From Zancudomyces culisetae HAW-14-8 (Eukaryota; Fungi; Kickxellomycota), in NCBI GenBank assembly GCA_052426225.1, contig JBNJNM010000012.1, positions 1,736,001-1,800,000 of the forward strand: 64,000 bases of DNA, in the 5' to 3' direction. Positions 11,331 to 23,613 of this stretch are shown here, one piece after another. The notes under the pieces were generated by a model. The model saw only the letters and a program-made list of their open reading frames with translations. It did no database searches and was not told the DNA's origin. A program made the translations under genes and the position numbers. Numbering within the stretch: position 1 is the stretch's first letter; each line of letters begins with the position of its first letter.

Positions 11331-14300
11331 TAGTATCGAGTTTTTTCCAAGATGTGACGCAGAACTAACTGGAACGAATTGTTTTTTTAACTTGTGCCTA
11401 TATTTTGTTTCTGTTACCATTGAGATTGGGTACTGTCGTGTGTATCCCGATGAAGATAGGGATTAAACAATTTCAAATAACCTTTATTTACTACCTGTAC
11501 AAACAACAAAGTTTAGCAAAGTCAATCACATAAAACAAATCAACTATTAAGTCATAAAAAAAATGCTTTAATAACTGAAAAATATAAAATTCAAAATATA
11601 ATTAAAAAGAATATCATATAGAAAGTCAACCACAAAGATAAGAACAAACAGAGATATAAACGAACGTAAGACAGATCCACAGGCTAGACACAGTATAACA
11701 AGAGTATAACATAGGTTAATTAAATATGGCTACTAGTTATTTTGTTAAAATATTATAATATAAACAATAGAATCCTCTATGAGTCTCCCTTAGTTCGTTT
11801 AATAGTTATAAGATGTAAAATATAAGATGTAAAATGAATAGTAATTGTGAAAAAAAATCGAGGTTTAGCCTATTTAAGAAGATTATTAGGAATAGTGTTA
11901 CGGATTGAATAATAAAAGCTTTAAATAATATAATTACTGTTGAAATCTCAAGAAAAAGAATGTCAAGTTCATGAGTGAATTTAGAGTCGCGTATTTTCAG
12001 TTAGCTAAATATGAGGGCCGATAATCATCAGATTGCAATCGTTCAGAAGAAACTTCTATTAAAGTCGATGCCGAAGAATTGCGCGACCCGCTTGCTGATG
12101 TCAAGGATCACGTTTTCTTGCAAATTAAGATTCCAACGATCGTATGGGTTACGCCCGATCCAATCCGAAGTTATTAGATATAGCATTAATTAGTTAAATA
12201 TTAGTTTTCAATTACGAAGATTTTTATTCGATTTTTATATTTTGAATTATATTAACTATAATGATAAGATGAGTATCATAACATTTTTCAATACTAAAAC
12301 ATAAAAATATTATTTAAATTAATTATATTAGTTTTATAGTTATTGATATAGGTTATAAAATATGGTTTTAAAATTCATATATGTTTTATTAGATATAATT
12401 GATTTAGATATAATTTCCCTTCATTAATAATAAAGTTTGTCAATATCATTGATTTATAATAAAGATATAAAAGTAAAATTATAATTATAAAGTGTGCATA
12501 CAAGTATTTATAATAAATTTTCTAAATTACATATTATAAATTTTTTAATACCATTTAAATTGTTTGTAGTATCGGTAACTAACACATTTTTGGCCGCACC
12601 ACTGTAAAGCTGTGGGTTTTCACTTACCTTTTGGGAACACATTTCACCTATTCTAAATTTCAAAATTTTATTTTTTTTATTTTATTATTTTATACTTTTT
12701 GTGTATTTATGTAGTTTAATAGTGTTTATTAGACTTTATTTAGTATATTAATCTTTTTCGATGACACTAGCGAGCTTGGTTAAAGAAATATAAAAATTTT
12801 TAGATTTAAAATCTCAAGATGAGATATGGTAAATTTATTTATGTTTTTTTAATAATTTATAATAATTTATAATAATAGTATATAAAGTATGTATCTAAGA
12901 TGTACTTAATGTATTTGTGGTTCTTATCGGGATTCTTGTTGCTTTTTGTCTGCAATCTCTTCTCATCTGTTTTCTCTTTCTTTTTGTTTATTTACATCAA
13001 TTTATAATTATTAAATTCAACAAGGTTTAGCTCACTATATCAGTCATTTAAGCTCTACAAAAATTATAAACTCACCATCTAGTTCTTTGTTCGATATACT
13101 TTCTAGGAATTCTAAATATGTTGTTGACTATAATGAATCTAATTATGGTATATATATTTACCGAATTTAAACCCCAAACACACTAGAATTTCGGTAGTCG
13201 TAATATCATTTTTTTTCTTTCTTTATATTTACCTTTTTCGTTAAATTCCCTCGTCCAACAAAACTCGATTTATCTTTTATAAGGTACCATTTCAACTAGG
13301 CCTTAACTTAAAAATTATATTTTTCGAAAATATCAGGAATTTGTCTAGAAACATTAATATCTTCCCACTACAACATATTAATGTTGTTCTTGTCAGTATT
13401 TTTCATGGAAATTATCAAAAGTATGTATTTGTTATCACCGAATGCATATTTACTTGCAACTATTACATTTGAGGACGGAAGGAGTAAGGTAGAGGAAACA
13501 ATTATATCAACACTTTTTTATTTTCTTTATAGAAGGTCACTGTTAAATAACTGTATCTGACCTTGATATTTCATCTTGCAATTTATTCTAGATGGTTTGT
13601 TTTTGAGTATTTATAACATCAGACATATAATTATTTAATTTTTTGCAATAGTAAACGCCTAAATATACGAAACTATGATTATCTAAAAACAAATTAGCCG
13701 TGCGAGTCGTGCGAGTTTTGATTATGTTAGCTGGTAAGTATGAAACTTTATGTCCAGCAATACACACATAAACTAAATTTTAAAGCTGCAATAACTAGAC
13801 TATAAAGTATTACTATTTATTAATACAATATAACACTTATTATACATAGTACTCTGATAACATAAAAAAAGTATAAATACTTATAAATTCCTTGTAGAAT
13901 TCTTTTTTCAAAACTTCAAAAACCTTGAGAAAATTATCTTTGAGAAAAGGAAACGTTTCTTGAAATTATAAAATAGAAAAAAAAAAGGTAGCAAGCGCAC
14001 TCTGCGTTACTTCAAGGTTTGCAGCCGGAACTGCAATTTCATACACTCAGATAACCGATGCAAAAGAAGAACCTGGCTACAGCACCAGTATCTGTTATAA
14101 AGGTCATCATCACGGACTTCAACTTAATGAGCTTCATCTTGAGAATCTCTACAAATATACTAGGAAATTCAAATATTTAAAACGAGTTTTTATAGAAATC
14201 AAATAAAGAAAAAGTAACAAAACCAAATCGTTACTACAATTTACCAAGTATTTGTTTTGCGCGCCTTGATGGCACTAAGCCTGGTGCTGGTTCAGTCACG

Positions 14301-15144
14301 TTTTATGCTGTATACAAACGGAGAACTTTGCTCCCACAGCAAACGCGCAGTCTGAGCTAGATGAACAAGCAATGTCAGTATATTGGTTTTATTCAAGATT
14401 TCTTAGTTATCTAAAACTTACCAGCCTTTAACATGTTTCATATTTATTCTCATAGACAATATTATTTAATTAAATATGATTTGGTAGTATCTATGTTATT
14501 CTATTCATTAATACTGTGTACTTTTAGCCACTTTTATTAATATGGCTTTTTTAAGTTTTTTATAGTATTTCATCAATCTAAATAAATAAACGAGATCAAT
14601 GTACCTACTTTTGTAACCGAATGATATTGGGATGATTTATTATGAACGATTATACTTTCATGTATGACTAAGATACAACCAATGTAAACCAGTTGTGCTA
14701 AAATTATTGACAGTTCTTATTAAGCCTACCTTACCAAGGGTGAAACTAGTGTAACAGTTGATGTATTATTGAATATAAATGTTATAATTAAATCATAGCA
14801 ATCATAATGTCTTATATACTTATATTAATTCATAGAATTGGAGATCTTATACAGAGTCTAGTTGTGTGCATAAAATTAAATAAGAAAAATCGATATTTGT
14901 GTTGCTTGATTTATATAGAGTAGAACTTTCACTAATGTAGTAATAGTAATCCAATGCTCAAATTTTTGTTACATCCAGGGCCAGAGATGTTTTTACAACC
15001 ACCTAATCAACGTACCAGTAAGACATGTTTGATTTTTACATTTTTTGATAGCTTTATTCAAAGCAGTTTATTTAAAGATTCACTAAATATCTCAATAAGC
15101 AAAATAAATTAATCAATTGCTTCAATTTCTATGATATGTTAGAG

Positions 15145-15576
15145 TTAAACAATCCAAGCATAGGATTTTGAATAGCCTTTATTAACATACCACCATACAT
15201 CATCAATCTGGATTCCTGGGTTTATAAAGGTATAACAGTCAGTTGAACAATTTTTATCTCTGCAAGCCATAAAGGCAACTGTTTTGACACCTGTTGCACT
15301 AATTCTTACTGATGTAAAATCGGGTGCTGCGTAACATCTATTTGGTTCGGGAGTGAAACTACCTTGATAGCCTCGATAGTAGCTGTAATGCCATAAGTTG
15401 ATCTTCATACTACCATATTTGAATATCGCCGGGCTAGCACCAAGTCCTGGAAATCCTCTTTCACTTGTTGTGTCTAGGGTTTGGTTCTGTCCGCTCTGTG
15501 GCAAAGCCGAACTAACTACCAGAGTGGTGAAAATGCTGAAAATACTGAGGATGCTGAGAATTGTTGACTTGATCAT
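15145..15576 (-). CDS. Small secreted Cys-containing protein (143 aa)
   Basis: Signal peptide, CY...C-x4-C-x3-C pattern, terminal S-x-x-W-I, and a TATAAAA on the minus strand ~100 nt upstream (~15671-15677). Confidence 0.8.
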   Translation of the reverse strand: MIKSTILSILSIFSIFTTLVVSSALPQSGQNQTLDTTSERGFPGLGASPAIFKYGSMKINLWHYSYYRGYQGSFTPEPNRCYAAPDFTSVRISATGVKTVAFMACRDKNCSTDCYTFINPGIQIDDVWWYVNKGYSKSYAWIV

Positions 15577-17104
15577 TTTCGGTTTTTGTATTCCTTTTTC
15601 AATGAGGTTTGGATTGCTGAAATTCAGTTGAATGTGGTGTAATGTCTTTCAATATCGAAAAAATAGTTCCTTTTATACTTTTCACCTACAATGAATATGC
15701 CACTAACCATTTTAGTAGAAGTTAGGCTTAAATAATTGTATTGACATGTTATTATGTCCATCATCCTAAATATAATATGTGTGTATACTTCTCCCTTAGT
15801 TAATCTGATATTATTAATAGATACTTGACTTCATTGATTTACCCAATATAATGAAACTAGTATAGCTAACATCAGTATGACGAGTTTATATTTAGTAAAC
15901 TTTTGTATAATAATCTGTGTAGCGATCGATAACTAATTATAGATTTTTATAAAAATATAGTAAACTAGGACTATCTGCGAGTAACATCAACATATGAATA
16001 TCACATTGTGTGATATATTACACTTTGATTTGATAATGATTCTATTACAACTTTGCTTATTATACCAAAATGCTTTTGAATAATTCATTAGTGTAAGTGC
16101 TGCCTTCCTACAGGCTAGAAACTTAAATTTGCTACTCGTCTTTTACAATGCTCTTTGACCTTGTTAGTTAAGTGGTGTATTCTTAGGGGAGAGGTCTAAA
16201 AACGTAATTTTAGGTTAACAACAAATTTGTAATTATTACCAATCTAATTATTAAACTCGATGACTGCCTCTTGTCGGGAAGAATGGAAATAAGGAGTAAT
16301 ATTCCTTGAAATTGCAGGAGCCGATCACTTTGTCGGTTTTACAACGTTTCCAAGACACCTAATGGTATGTGGGTCTGTTTTCTCTTTTTAATTGGAAGTT
16401 TGTGGAATAGTGTTATTTTTAGACGAACTTAAAATGTCGCTCTAAATCAATCTTCTCAAGTAGTAAATCGATTTTGAATGTGATATTTATTTACTTTGAT
16501 TACATAACCTTATTACTTGTTGGGGTTAAGTGCTTTTAAGGTTCATAGTTGAGAAATCAAATAATAAAAACAGAATGTAATATTATGTAATAATTACAAA
16601 TGAATTTGTATGTTAGTTTGATAAGATTATGTCAATTCAGAAAAAATTGCTTAACTATCTTATAAAGTACACTTGTTCTAGTAAACCACCACAATTTGTC
16701 TAAAAGACGTAAAAAAGTTGTCAAAGGTTAAAATTAGAAGCTATATATTACATACTTGCAAAAATATATCACATCCTAGTACATTGACTTTCAATTCGAT
16801 ACTCTTGATTGTCGAACTGCTCTTCACCTCTCTAAAATTAGAATGCTGTTACAAAGTAGTTAAAAATAACACAGTTAGATATCATTAATACAAGCTAAAG
16901 ATAGTTATAGAAAAAAATTTATGATGAGGAAAAGTATGAAAGGTTCAAAGTATCACTGGAATAAAAAAATATCAACTTTGGTATTCCATCAAGCATCACA
17001 ATAAGACATACTCATACTATTATTCATCTTCATAGTCATCGTCATTTCCACACTGCATCAGTGCATTAGCCTCTCACAATTTTCTTTAAAGTCGAGTAAC
17101 AAAT

Positions 17105-17473
17105 ATGGTAAAGTCAACGCTAACACTTCTTGCGTCCGCAGTTGCCGCATTTCCAGTAAACGCCTCATTCCAAACCCTACACGCCATAATATTCTAAGAC
17201 TATCGTTTTTCAGGTGCTGTCGTGAACGAATTCCAAATGGTAAAACACCAATGTTATAGCATTAACCAGGGTACCTCAGCACAATTTCTTGACCCCACAG
17301 ATGGATCAGGAGTAATGTTGTTATGTAGGCAAAGGAACTGTCAGGGTGTATGTACAGCTAACGACAATTTTATAAGTACAGGTCTGTGGAATTTCCCAGA
17401 AGATCTCAAATCAGGCCCTCTCTCAATGAAATGGATAGCATTTGGTCAGGCTGCTAATGAAAAAGATTTCTAA
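17105..17473 (+). pseudogene. Paralog of the 15145 small secreted protein with an in-frame TAA at codon 31 (17195-17197)
   Basis: Reads MVKSTLTLLASAVAAFPVNA...IIF*DYRFSGAVVNEFQMVKHQCY...CRQRNCQGVC...SMKWI, with the same Cys spacing and end motif as 15145-15576. Confidence 0.65.
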
Positions 17474-19174
17474 CTCTTTAAATTGAAATAATCTATTACT
17501 TTAGAACCAAGTTTAGTTGGTAGTAAAATTGTTTTTATTTATCTAGAACTTGTGCTTGAATAAAGTGTCAATCACATCACCAAAGCTGGTAAACATATCC
17601 TGCTTTGAAATGATTATAACTGCGATCTACTCACACTAAGGTAAATATATTTTAGTTTGAGCAAAAATATTTTCATACTGCAACGAGTCTACTGAGGACC
17701 ATTATGTCTGATAGGTAAAGAATATCAAATAGTATATATCAAACCTATTCCTTTCTGCCCCATTAGAAACTCCATACCCACAGGCTATTGGTTTGAAATG
17801 TTTATTTCTACTCTGAGTCAATCTAAGATAATAACACTCGCTCGACAGACACCATTCTAAAATTTTACTGTGCTCTGCTCGACCAAGGATAGTATTTTTA
17901 CTTCTCTATTGTTTATAGGTAGAGTAACCAGCCCTTGCGACTCCTCTCCAAGGATTCTACCTACAATAAATCATTTCTACACCTTTCTCCCCCTACTCTC
18001 ATTACATTTCCCTTTTTCAGTTTTTTGATAACTTTGTGATGTATTGTTGCAGATACGATTTCTTAACTATCACCAACTAATTGCAGTGAAAAATTATGAT
18101 CTATCCGGTTTTTTTACACCAAAAAACGACCAAGTACAGATAGTTTACTTATTACTGGTGTAGTTGAGTATCTTTTTAGAGCTTCATCCATTTAGTCAAA
18201 CACCCTGAATCTAATCTTAATTTACTCAACATTGATAATATTTACTAGTTCGTTATGATTTACGCTACCCTCAATCTTGATTTTCCCTCCCTTTATATAA
18301 TATACTGTGAATCTTATTCTCCTTTACAATCAAACATGTACCTCTCAACTAAAATAACAGTAATTTAAACCATTATCATCACGTATTCTCACCTAATCAA
18401 ATCAATTAACTCAGCTCTCACTTCTATTCTGCGATTTTTTTTACTTTTTTTATTAAACAAAGACACTTAAATTAATATATTTTAGCAAACATATTACATA
18501 ACAATAATTTTTTAGGCACCAAGAATATTTATCCATGAGCAAGTGCCTAATTGTTTGTTTTCGTTTAATTCGTTCCATCTCTTTTCGTTATCTGTTTTTA
18601 TAAATTCTATCTCGTGTTAAATAATTTAAAACCCATCAAAAACTTATTAAATACGTTCTATAAACGTGTAGCGAGCAAGTGTCGTATACTGCTGCGATCA
18701 ATATCTTTTGATTTTTTATGTATTCGTTCGTATCTGAGGAAAGTTAATTTTATTGAAAAAGAGTATGGTTATAGTCCAGATAACTGAACGGCTTTTTAAC
18801 TAAGCTTAACGAAGGTAGCTGAATATCAATTAACAATTGTATATTATCATTCAACGGTTGTAACAATGAATGGTAGTTCAACCCCGTTCTTTTTACAAAA
18901 TCTAAAAAATGAATCCAAAATGCTATCTTATAACCAGTTCCTATAACTGGATTGATTATCCTTGTCTCACCCTTCAGATAGCATAAGGGCATTAACACCT
19001 TTTTTCTATTTTTGAGTTTTCGCTTTCTTCAATTTAAAATAAACAGCTAGTATTTTATATCTTATACTTACTATTTGAGGTTAGTCGGGTCTACTGAGAA
19101 TCACTGTCAAACGGGGTTGGGCGTAACTCTATCTTCTGTCGGTTTCTTCATTTGTAAAATGATTTGATCCACAA

Positions 19175-19584
19175 TGTCAAGATCTGGAGTCAGGGGTGTT
19201 ATATTTAAATTATTAAAGTTTATTGTATGAATGTATACAAGATACTAGATACTGAATCCAAGACAGGAAAATTGTACCCTTTTTATACTTTTTTCCAGCC
19301 TTGGTTTTTGAACAAAATCACTAGAAAACTGCGGAATAGCTAAATATGCAAGCTAAAGAAAAACGTGTTTGATTACTAATCAAATTGGATTAGTAATCAA
19401 ACAAAAATCAAACTCGAATGCTAATAAAATTAAACATGTGAAAATTATTACTTAAGAAAAATTAAGAAATAATGTGAATTTTCGGTAATGTTCTAGAATG
19501 TTGGGGAACATTCTAAACATTACTGCGGAATAAAATCAAATGATTCTAGAACGTTTTCGAACATTCTAGAATCAGTTCATGACA
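19175..19584 (-). repeat. 3' LTR of element A (family B, ~410 bp)
   Basis: TG...CA ends; about 99% identical to 43133-43543 by eye. Confidence 0.95.
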
Positions 19585-22500
19585 CGACCTCCCCTCTTAA
19601 GGCTGAGCTCCGTGAAGCATTTGTGTTGGCTTTGGTTTTTCAGGATGGTGACGATGGAATTCAGTGACAAGATATTTTGCATTTGCTAAGTCAGAATATG
19701 TTTGCCAGGTACGTTCAGTGTCTGGGTATCCTTTCCAGTGTACCAGGTATTTGACAGTTCTACCAAATAGTTTACTATCTAGGATTTTTTCAACTTCATA
19801 TTCTTCTTGGCCATCAATATCTCAGGTGTAAGCCGTTTTGATGGTCTGTCTGGGATCAGATCTGGTTTACAAGTTTCAAGGAGATTGACGTGGAATACTG
19901 GGTGAATCTTCATTGTGTGTGGTAGCTGGAGTTTGTATGATCTTTGTCCAATCTTTTCCAATACTTTGAATGGACCAACTTTCCGATAGTCAAGCTTCTT
20001 GCTAGGTCTTTGAGTCCTGATGTTTTTAGTTGAGAGATAGACAAGATCAACAATGTTGAAGTCAGCTTGTGATGATACTTTTCGGTTGTAGTATTTCTCA
20101 TGGTCTTCAACGGCAAGGGATATGTTAAACTTCAGTTCTTGATGGATATCAGATAGTAGTTTGGATCTATCTGAGGAAGCAGGATTTAAAACTTGAGTAC
20201 GAGGAATTGTGACTGAGAAGCGTGGATGGAAGCCATAGTTGGCGTAGAAAGGTGTGGTCTTAGTAGAAGCATGAGATGTGTTGTTGTAGGCGAATTCGGC
20301 AATTGGTAACCACTTTGACCAATCAGTTTGTTGGTAATCAATGTAGCACCTGAGATACTGTTCCAATACAGAGTTTACGCGTTCAGTTTGTCCATCTGTC
20401 TGAGGATGGAATGCGGTGGACATTTTCTGTTCAATATTCAGTGATTTCATTAGAGTACGCATGAATGATGAATTGAACGTTACACCTCTATCAGATACGA
20501 TGTCTTTAGGGAGCTCATGTTTGCAGAAGACATGTTGGATAAACAGATCTGCAGTACCTTCAGCATCAATTTCATTGGTTGTGGGAACAAAATGCGCCAT
20601 CTTGGTAAGGCGATCCACAAATACACAGATTGCAGTAAAGTTATTGGATGGAGGTAGCTGAGTGATGAAGTCGACAGAAACAGATGACCAAGGTGAATCA
20701 GGAACGGGAAGTGGAGCGAGGTAGCCATATGGTTTATGGCGAGAGGGTTTGTTGCGTTGACAGGTATCGCAACCAGAGATGTAGTCTTTGATATATTTTC
20801 GCATGTTTGGCCAGTAAAAGTTGCGAGATACAAGCTCGTACGTCTTTGCATTTCCAAAGTGGCCGGCAGCAGGGGAATCATGGTATTCAATCAGGATAGT
20901 TCTTTTGATGTTGTCGTCCGAGGGGATACAGATTAGTCCATCATAGTGCAGAAGATTGTCAACAAGAGTGTACTTTTCATGGGAATCAGGTTTCTTGGAT
21001 AAGTCAGTGTAAATGGGTCCAAAGTACGTGTCTTTGGGTTGTAGTGACTTGATGTTGTTCATGAGCGCGGAGAACAAAGGTTCAACAGGTGTACTAGTCA
21101 TGGACTTCAAGAAGATTTCAGGAGGCAGCAAAGTTATTTTGTTTTGGTCAGTACGGGAGTCACCCCCCTTCCAAGGTTGGTCTTTCCGAGAAAGAGCGTC
21201 GGCGGCAGTGTTCTGTTTTCCAGGGCGGTACTTGATGACAAAGTTGAAGTTACTGAGGTATTCTGACCATCTGACTTGGTGGCGACTAAGATTTCTGGTA
21301 GTGGAGAAGTATTCTAAGTTTTTATGGTCGGTCATAACAACGGTTGGGTGTACAGAAAATTCAAGGTAGTGACGCCAGTGAGCAAAAGCGTCGATAATTG
21401 CTAACAGTTCCTTATCATAGATTTGATAATTCACCTCAGCAGGCAGGAGTTAGCGGGAGTAGTATGCAACAGGGTGGAGTTATCCCTCGTTGTCATACTG
21501 GCTGCAAATGGCACCTAATGCAAAATCTGATGCATCGGTTTCGATGATACAAGGCTGGTCAGGATTGTAGTGAGCTAAGACTGGGTTACTGATCATGGTT
21601 TCTTTTAGCAAGGCGAAAGCTTCTTCAGCTTTGGGTGTCCACTGGAATTGGACACCTTTTTTCAACAAGGCGGTGAGCGGCAGAGATATCTTGGAGTAGT
21701 TCAGAATAAAACGGCGGTAGAAGTTTGTAAGGCCAAGGAATACCTGAACGTCACGGACACAAGTTGGTGTCTTCCATTCGATGACGCTGGATACTTTTGA
21801 TGGATTCATAGAGATTCCGTTGGGGCCAATTACAAAACCGAGGAACTGTACTGATTGTACATCAAACTCACATTTCTCTAGCTTGAGGGTGAGATTGTGT
21901 TCCTGAAGCTTCTTCAAGACAAGGCAGACGTGATCATAGTGCTTATCGATATCATTTGAGTAGATTAACAGATCATCGATGTACACAACGAGGAATTGAT
22001 CAATGTATTCACGGAAGAGATCATTAACAAAGGACTGAAACGTGGCTGGAGCATTCATAAGGCCAAACGGCATGACCTTATACTCGAAGTGGCCGTAGCG
22101 TGTACGAAACGCGGTTTTCCATTCTTCACCAGGCGAGATCCTGATCATGTGGTATGCGGATTTCATATCCAGCTTGGTGAATATCTTGGCTTTGCCAAGC
22201 CGATCCAAGGTTTCAGAGATGAGTGGCAAGGCTGCACGGTTGGGGACAGTGATCTTATTCAGGGCTCTGTAGTCAACGCACAACCGGAGACTACCATCTT
22301 TCTTTTTTACAAATAGGACGGGAGCCCCAGCCGGGGATTCAGAGCGTTGGATAAAACCATTGGCTAGGTTTTCCTGGATGTAGTCATACAGGATCTTTAG
22401 TTCCAATTGGGAGAGGTTGTACAATGGGCCATATGAAATTTTGGAGTCAGGAAGCAAAGGAATGGTATGATCATATGGACGATGTTCAGGCAGTTTGGCA

Positions 22501-22666
22501 GATTGGGATTCAGAGAAGACAGATTCAAACATTTTATACTTTTCAGGGATTACAGGAGTCCAGGGGTTTCAGGATTAGATTCAGAGACAAGACAGAGATT
22601 TTCACAAGATTCAGGAGCTACAAGGGATTCAAGATTGTTCACGGTAATTGCACCAGCATAGACAGT
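19175..22666 (-). mobile_element. Element A: 5'-truncated, inactivated copy of chromovirus B (RT-RH-INT-chromodomain plus 3' LTR)
   Basis: Near-identical to 45349-48843 in inverted orientation. Premature TAA at 21480 and ~21450, a 1-nt deletion near 19818, and a PPT at 19585-19599. Confidence 0.95.
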
Positions 22667-22787
22667 TGTCAGGAAACTAATTTATTTAAGTTGGGTAACT
22701 TAATGTTCCCAAGTTAGGATTCTAAGGTAATTAAATATGATTAAAATTAAATATTAAAACTTATGGGTAAATAATGCGATTCTGACA
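22667..22787 (-). repeat. 3' LTR of D (121 bp)
   Basis: TGTCAG...CTGACA inverted ends, adjacent polypurine tract, and a second copy at 28580-28700. Confidence 0.92.
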
Positions 22788-23273
22788 TTATCCCCCCTTA
22801 AAGAATATTTTAAATATATAAAAATATATCTTGAACAAAATGTCATATAGTGGGCAGGAGAGCATGATGACAAATTAATTAGTCATCATGCAAACGAACA
22901 AATTATTAGTTTGCGATAACTAATGAGGATCAGTTTTTTTCACTATTGATGAAAATAACGTCATCTAGTTTTTTCTGATGACTCATAGTGTCGCAATACA
23001 AACGTTTGTTTAGTCATATAATTTTTAATAGTACTTTATTGATTTTGTATTAAAGAAGTTTAGTTATAGTATCTTAGTTTAAATTAATTTTTACATAGAA
23101 AGAATAATAGTATATTAAAGGGAAATATTTGACAAAATATAGAAAAACATACTGAAAATAATTAGTTAAAGATAAAATACTTTGTTATAGTTAATAACAA
23201 TAACTTGAAGAAATATTATAGAACAATTATAGTAAATACATATATTTTATAAATAAAATATAACAAAAAATGT

Positions 23274-23540
23274 GAGCATATAGTCGAGTGGCTAAGGCGT
23301 CGAACTTGTATTCTGCAGGACCCTGGTTCGATCCTTCGCTGTAAGACCGTAATTGGGAAGTAATTAGCTGTAGAGTGGATGTGATGTTTCACGGGGCCAA
23401 TGTGCGCGATAACGTCCTTCGGGACTAGTACCGGACCGTTTCACCTCTCCGATAACTCTTTCGGGATCTCGAGCAGTTAATTCGAATCACGTGATCGTGT
23501 GGCCCAAGACGTTAGCGCCCTCCTAAGTTCATTCTTTTTT
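23274..23540 (+). ncRNA. Putative Pol III transcript: tRNA-derived head plus conserved structured RNA module (23338-23516) and T6 terminator, antisense within the D 3' UTR
   Basis: A box TAGTCGAGTGG at 23281-23291, B box GGTTCGATCC at 23325-23334, C(UUCG)G tetraloop, G-U pairs that favour the + strand, T6 at 23535-23540, and homologs at 35579-35795 and 39240-39409. Confidence 0.7.
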
Positions 23541-23613
23541 ATTTTTTCTTTTATAATTTTTTATGCTTTTTAGTTGTTTTTAGGTTGTTTTTATAGATAT
23601 TTTTGTTAAGTAT

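Noticed and set aside
17195-21482. TAA reassigned to Gln (TAA at Gln-like positions at 6485, 17195 and 21480)
   Set aside because: The intact copy B has CAA at the 21480-equivalent site, and TAA terminates intact genes, so these are ordinary C>T nonsense mutations.
22974-23004. Hammerhead ribozyme at CTGATGA
   Set aside because: There is no properly placed GAAA or stems II/III.
23274-23345. Functional tRNA gene
   Set aside because: The anticodon arm is imperfect, and the 3' T-stem and acceptor strands are absent.
23338-23516. Module as SRP RNA, telomerase RNA, RNase P/MRP, 5S, or a hammerhead/hairpin/HDV ribozyme
   Set aside because: GCUGUAA recalls the fungal SRP Alu loop and CGAA plus a short hairpin recalls telomerase P6.1. 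However, I saw no conserved SRP helix 6/8 motif across copies, no template, no P4 pseudoknot and no catalytic-core consensus. Left unassigned pending cmscan.
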